Shown here piece by piece: positions 62,972 through 64,000 of a stretch of DNA of 64,000 bases. Source of the DNA: Moniliella sp. 'wahieum' (taxonomy: Eukaryota). The stretch spans positions 186,001 to 250,000 of the forward strand of contig RSEE01000020.1 of assembly GCA_003971905.1 (NCBI GenBank), read 5' to 3'. The number at the start of each line of letters is the position of its first letter. Position 1 is the first letter of the stretch. The notes under the pieces are model-generated. The model worked only from the letters and a program-made list of their open reading frames with translations, made no database searches and had not been told where the DNA came from. Both the position numbers and the translations under genes were made by a program.

Positions 62972-64000
62972 ATGGCCCCGCTCAAGTCGTCTGCCTTCTC
63001 CCGCCGCCCGCGCGTCGGCCAGCTTGGCCCGCGCCTCAAGCAGGCCCTCCCGCACAAGGGACACAAAGCCAGCACCCTCCTCCGTCCTTGTCTTATCCCT
63101 CCCCTCCCACGCTCAGCGCCCGCGGCACCGTTGCTCCCCACCCCTCCCTGCGCCGGCCCTGCTTCCGATGCCCCGGCCGATTTGCAATCTGCCACGCCGG
63201 CGCCACGCCGCCGGCGCTGTTCCTCATCGGACACCTGGTGGCGCAGGAGCACCACCTGCCTCCATCGCCACCGCTGCCAGGGTTGTACCCGCCACTACGC
63301 CCCCTCCCGTGTTGCGCAAGCGCTCGAATGAAAACGTCTTTGCCACTTTTGGTACACCGCCACCCAAACGGCACCAAGTGAAGCATGCTCGCATCGCTGA
63401 AGACGACAATACCACCCATTATTTCTCACCCTATCCCAATGAAAATGCAAGCGTATGTTCTCTCTCCCTTACATGCCCCCATAACTTGGAAGCTAACCCT
63501 GAACTTCATGTGCAGCCTGCTGTTTCCGACGAGGTGCAAGCCGACCCAGTGGAACTGGACAATCTCGCCAGCATTGGTGGCACTCAAGTCATTGGCCCCG
63601 TCCTCCGCTTTTCTCGGAGCGACAGCTGCGCCTATCTTCTGGCGCAGCGATACATCATTACCGGGGACCGTGGCAAGACCCCCTATGGACATGCAATGCT
63701 GGCCCATGACATGATCACCAACCAAGAGGTGGTCATCAATGTCAGCCACACCGCGACGGACATGCGTGCCGAGAGCATGCGCCAGGCCCGGATCCTGCAT
63801 GCTGTGGGAGCCATGAAGCCGGACGCCATTGGCTGGGTGCACGTGCGCGAGGTGTTTCTCTACAATCACGACCGCCTTTGCATCGTGTTTGACAACAAAT
63901 CTTGCACGCTCGACCGCTTTATTAAGCATGACCTCCATGGCCGTGGGCTCCCACTGGAGCACATCCAGGCCATCATGAAGCAACTCCTTCTCTTTCTCGC
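62972..64000 (+). CDS. CMGC (DYRK/CLK-like) pseudokinase, N-terminal part; continues beyond the window
   Basis: Open frame from ~63618 to the end: LLAQRYIITGDRGKTPYGHAMLAHDMITNQEVVINVSHT..SMRQARILH..VREVFLYNHDRLCIVFD..LDRFIK..GLPLEHIQAIMKQLL, colinear with DYRK/CLK subdomains I-V and alphaE. Absent from the ORF track because no stop falls in the window. Confidence 0.7.

Noticed and set aside
1..64000. Pervasive frameshifts suggesting mass pseudogenisation or programmed frameshifting
   Set aside because: They affect normally essential genes (OLE1, CNS1) and conserved ones (MSH3), are mostly single-base losses in homopolymers, and come without accumulated in-frame stops. This is typical of long-read consensus error.

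Overview
This window is eukaryotic, from a fungal nuclear chromosome. It is GC-rich with sparse short GT-AG introns carrying CTRAC-type branch points, and the proteins look basidiomycete (possibly Ustilaginomycotina; inference only). Almost every gene is broken by single-base indels, mostly in homopolymers, which is best explained by unpolished long-read assembly. Genes were therefore stitched across frames by hand and many boundaries are approximate. About 19 genes are supported, in order: Mit1/CHD-like PHD-chromo-SNF2 protein (cut by the left edge), bZIP factor, long coiled-coil golgin-like protein, MSH3, histidine phosphatase, type-2 asparaginase, IMPACT-domain protein, a head-to-head pair of peroxisomal copper amine oxidase and glutathione-dependent formaldehyde dehydrogenase, membrane-anchored GH79, MCH1-like MFS transporter, Ser-rich type I membrane protein, CNS1, an orphan secreted protein, ALDH3/HFD1, cofilin, OLE1, an F-BAR-RhoGAP protein, and a CMGC-like kinase (cut by the right edge). 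There is also a solo LTR with a perfect 5-bp target-site duplication. Most notable: (1) recurrent 7-bp-period intergenic arrays of T[C/G]A followed by a variable 4-bp palindrome; (2) a probable methylamine-to-formaldehyde detoxification gene pair whose dehydrogenase has an altered active-site motif; (3) three unrelated proteins (SNF2 ATPase, RhoGAP, kinase) with their catalytic residues substituted in-frame; (4) a golgin-like protein with a GM130-like N-terminus and a golgin-45-like CxxC C-terminus.
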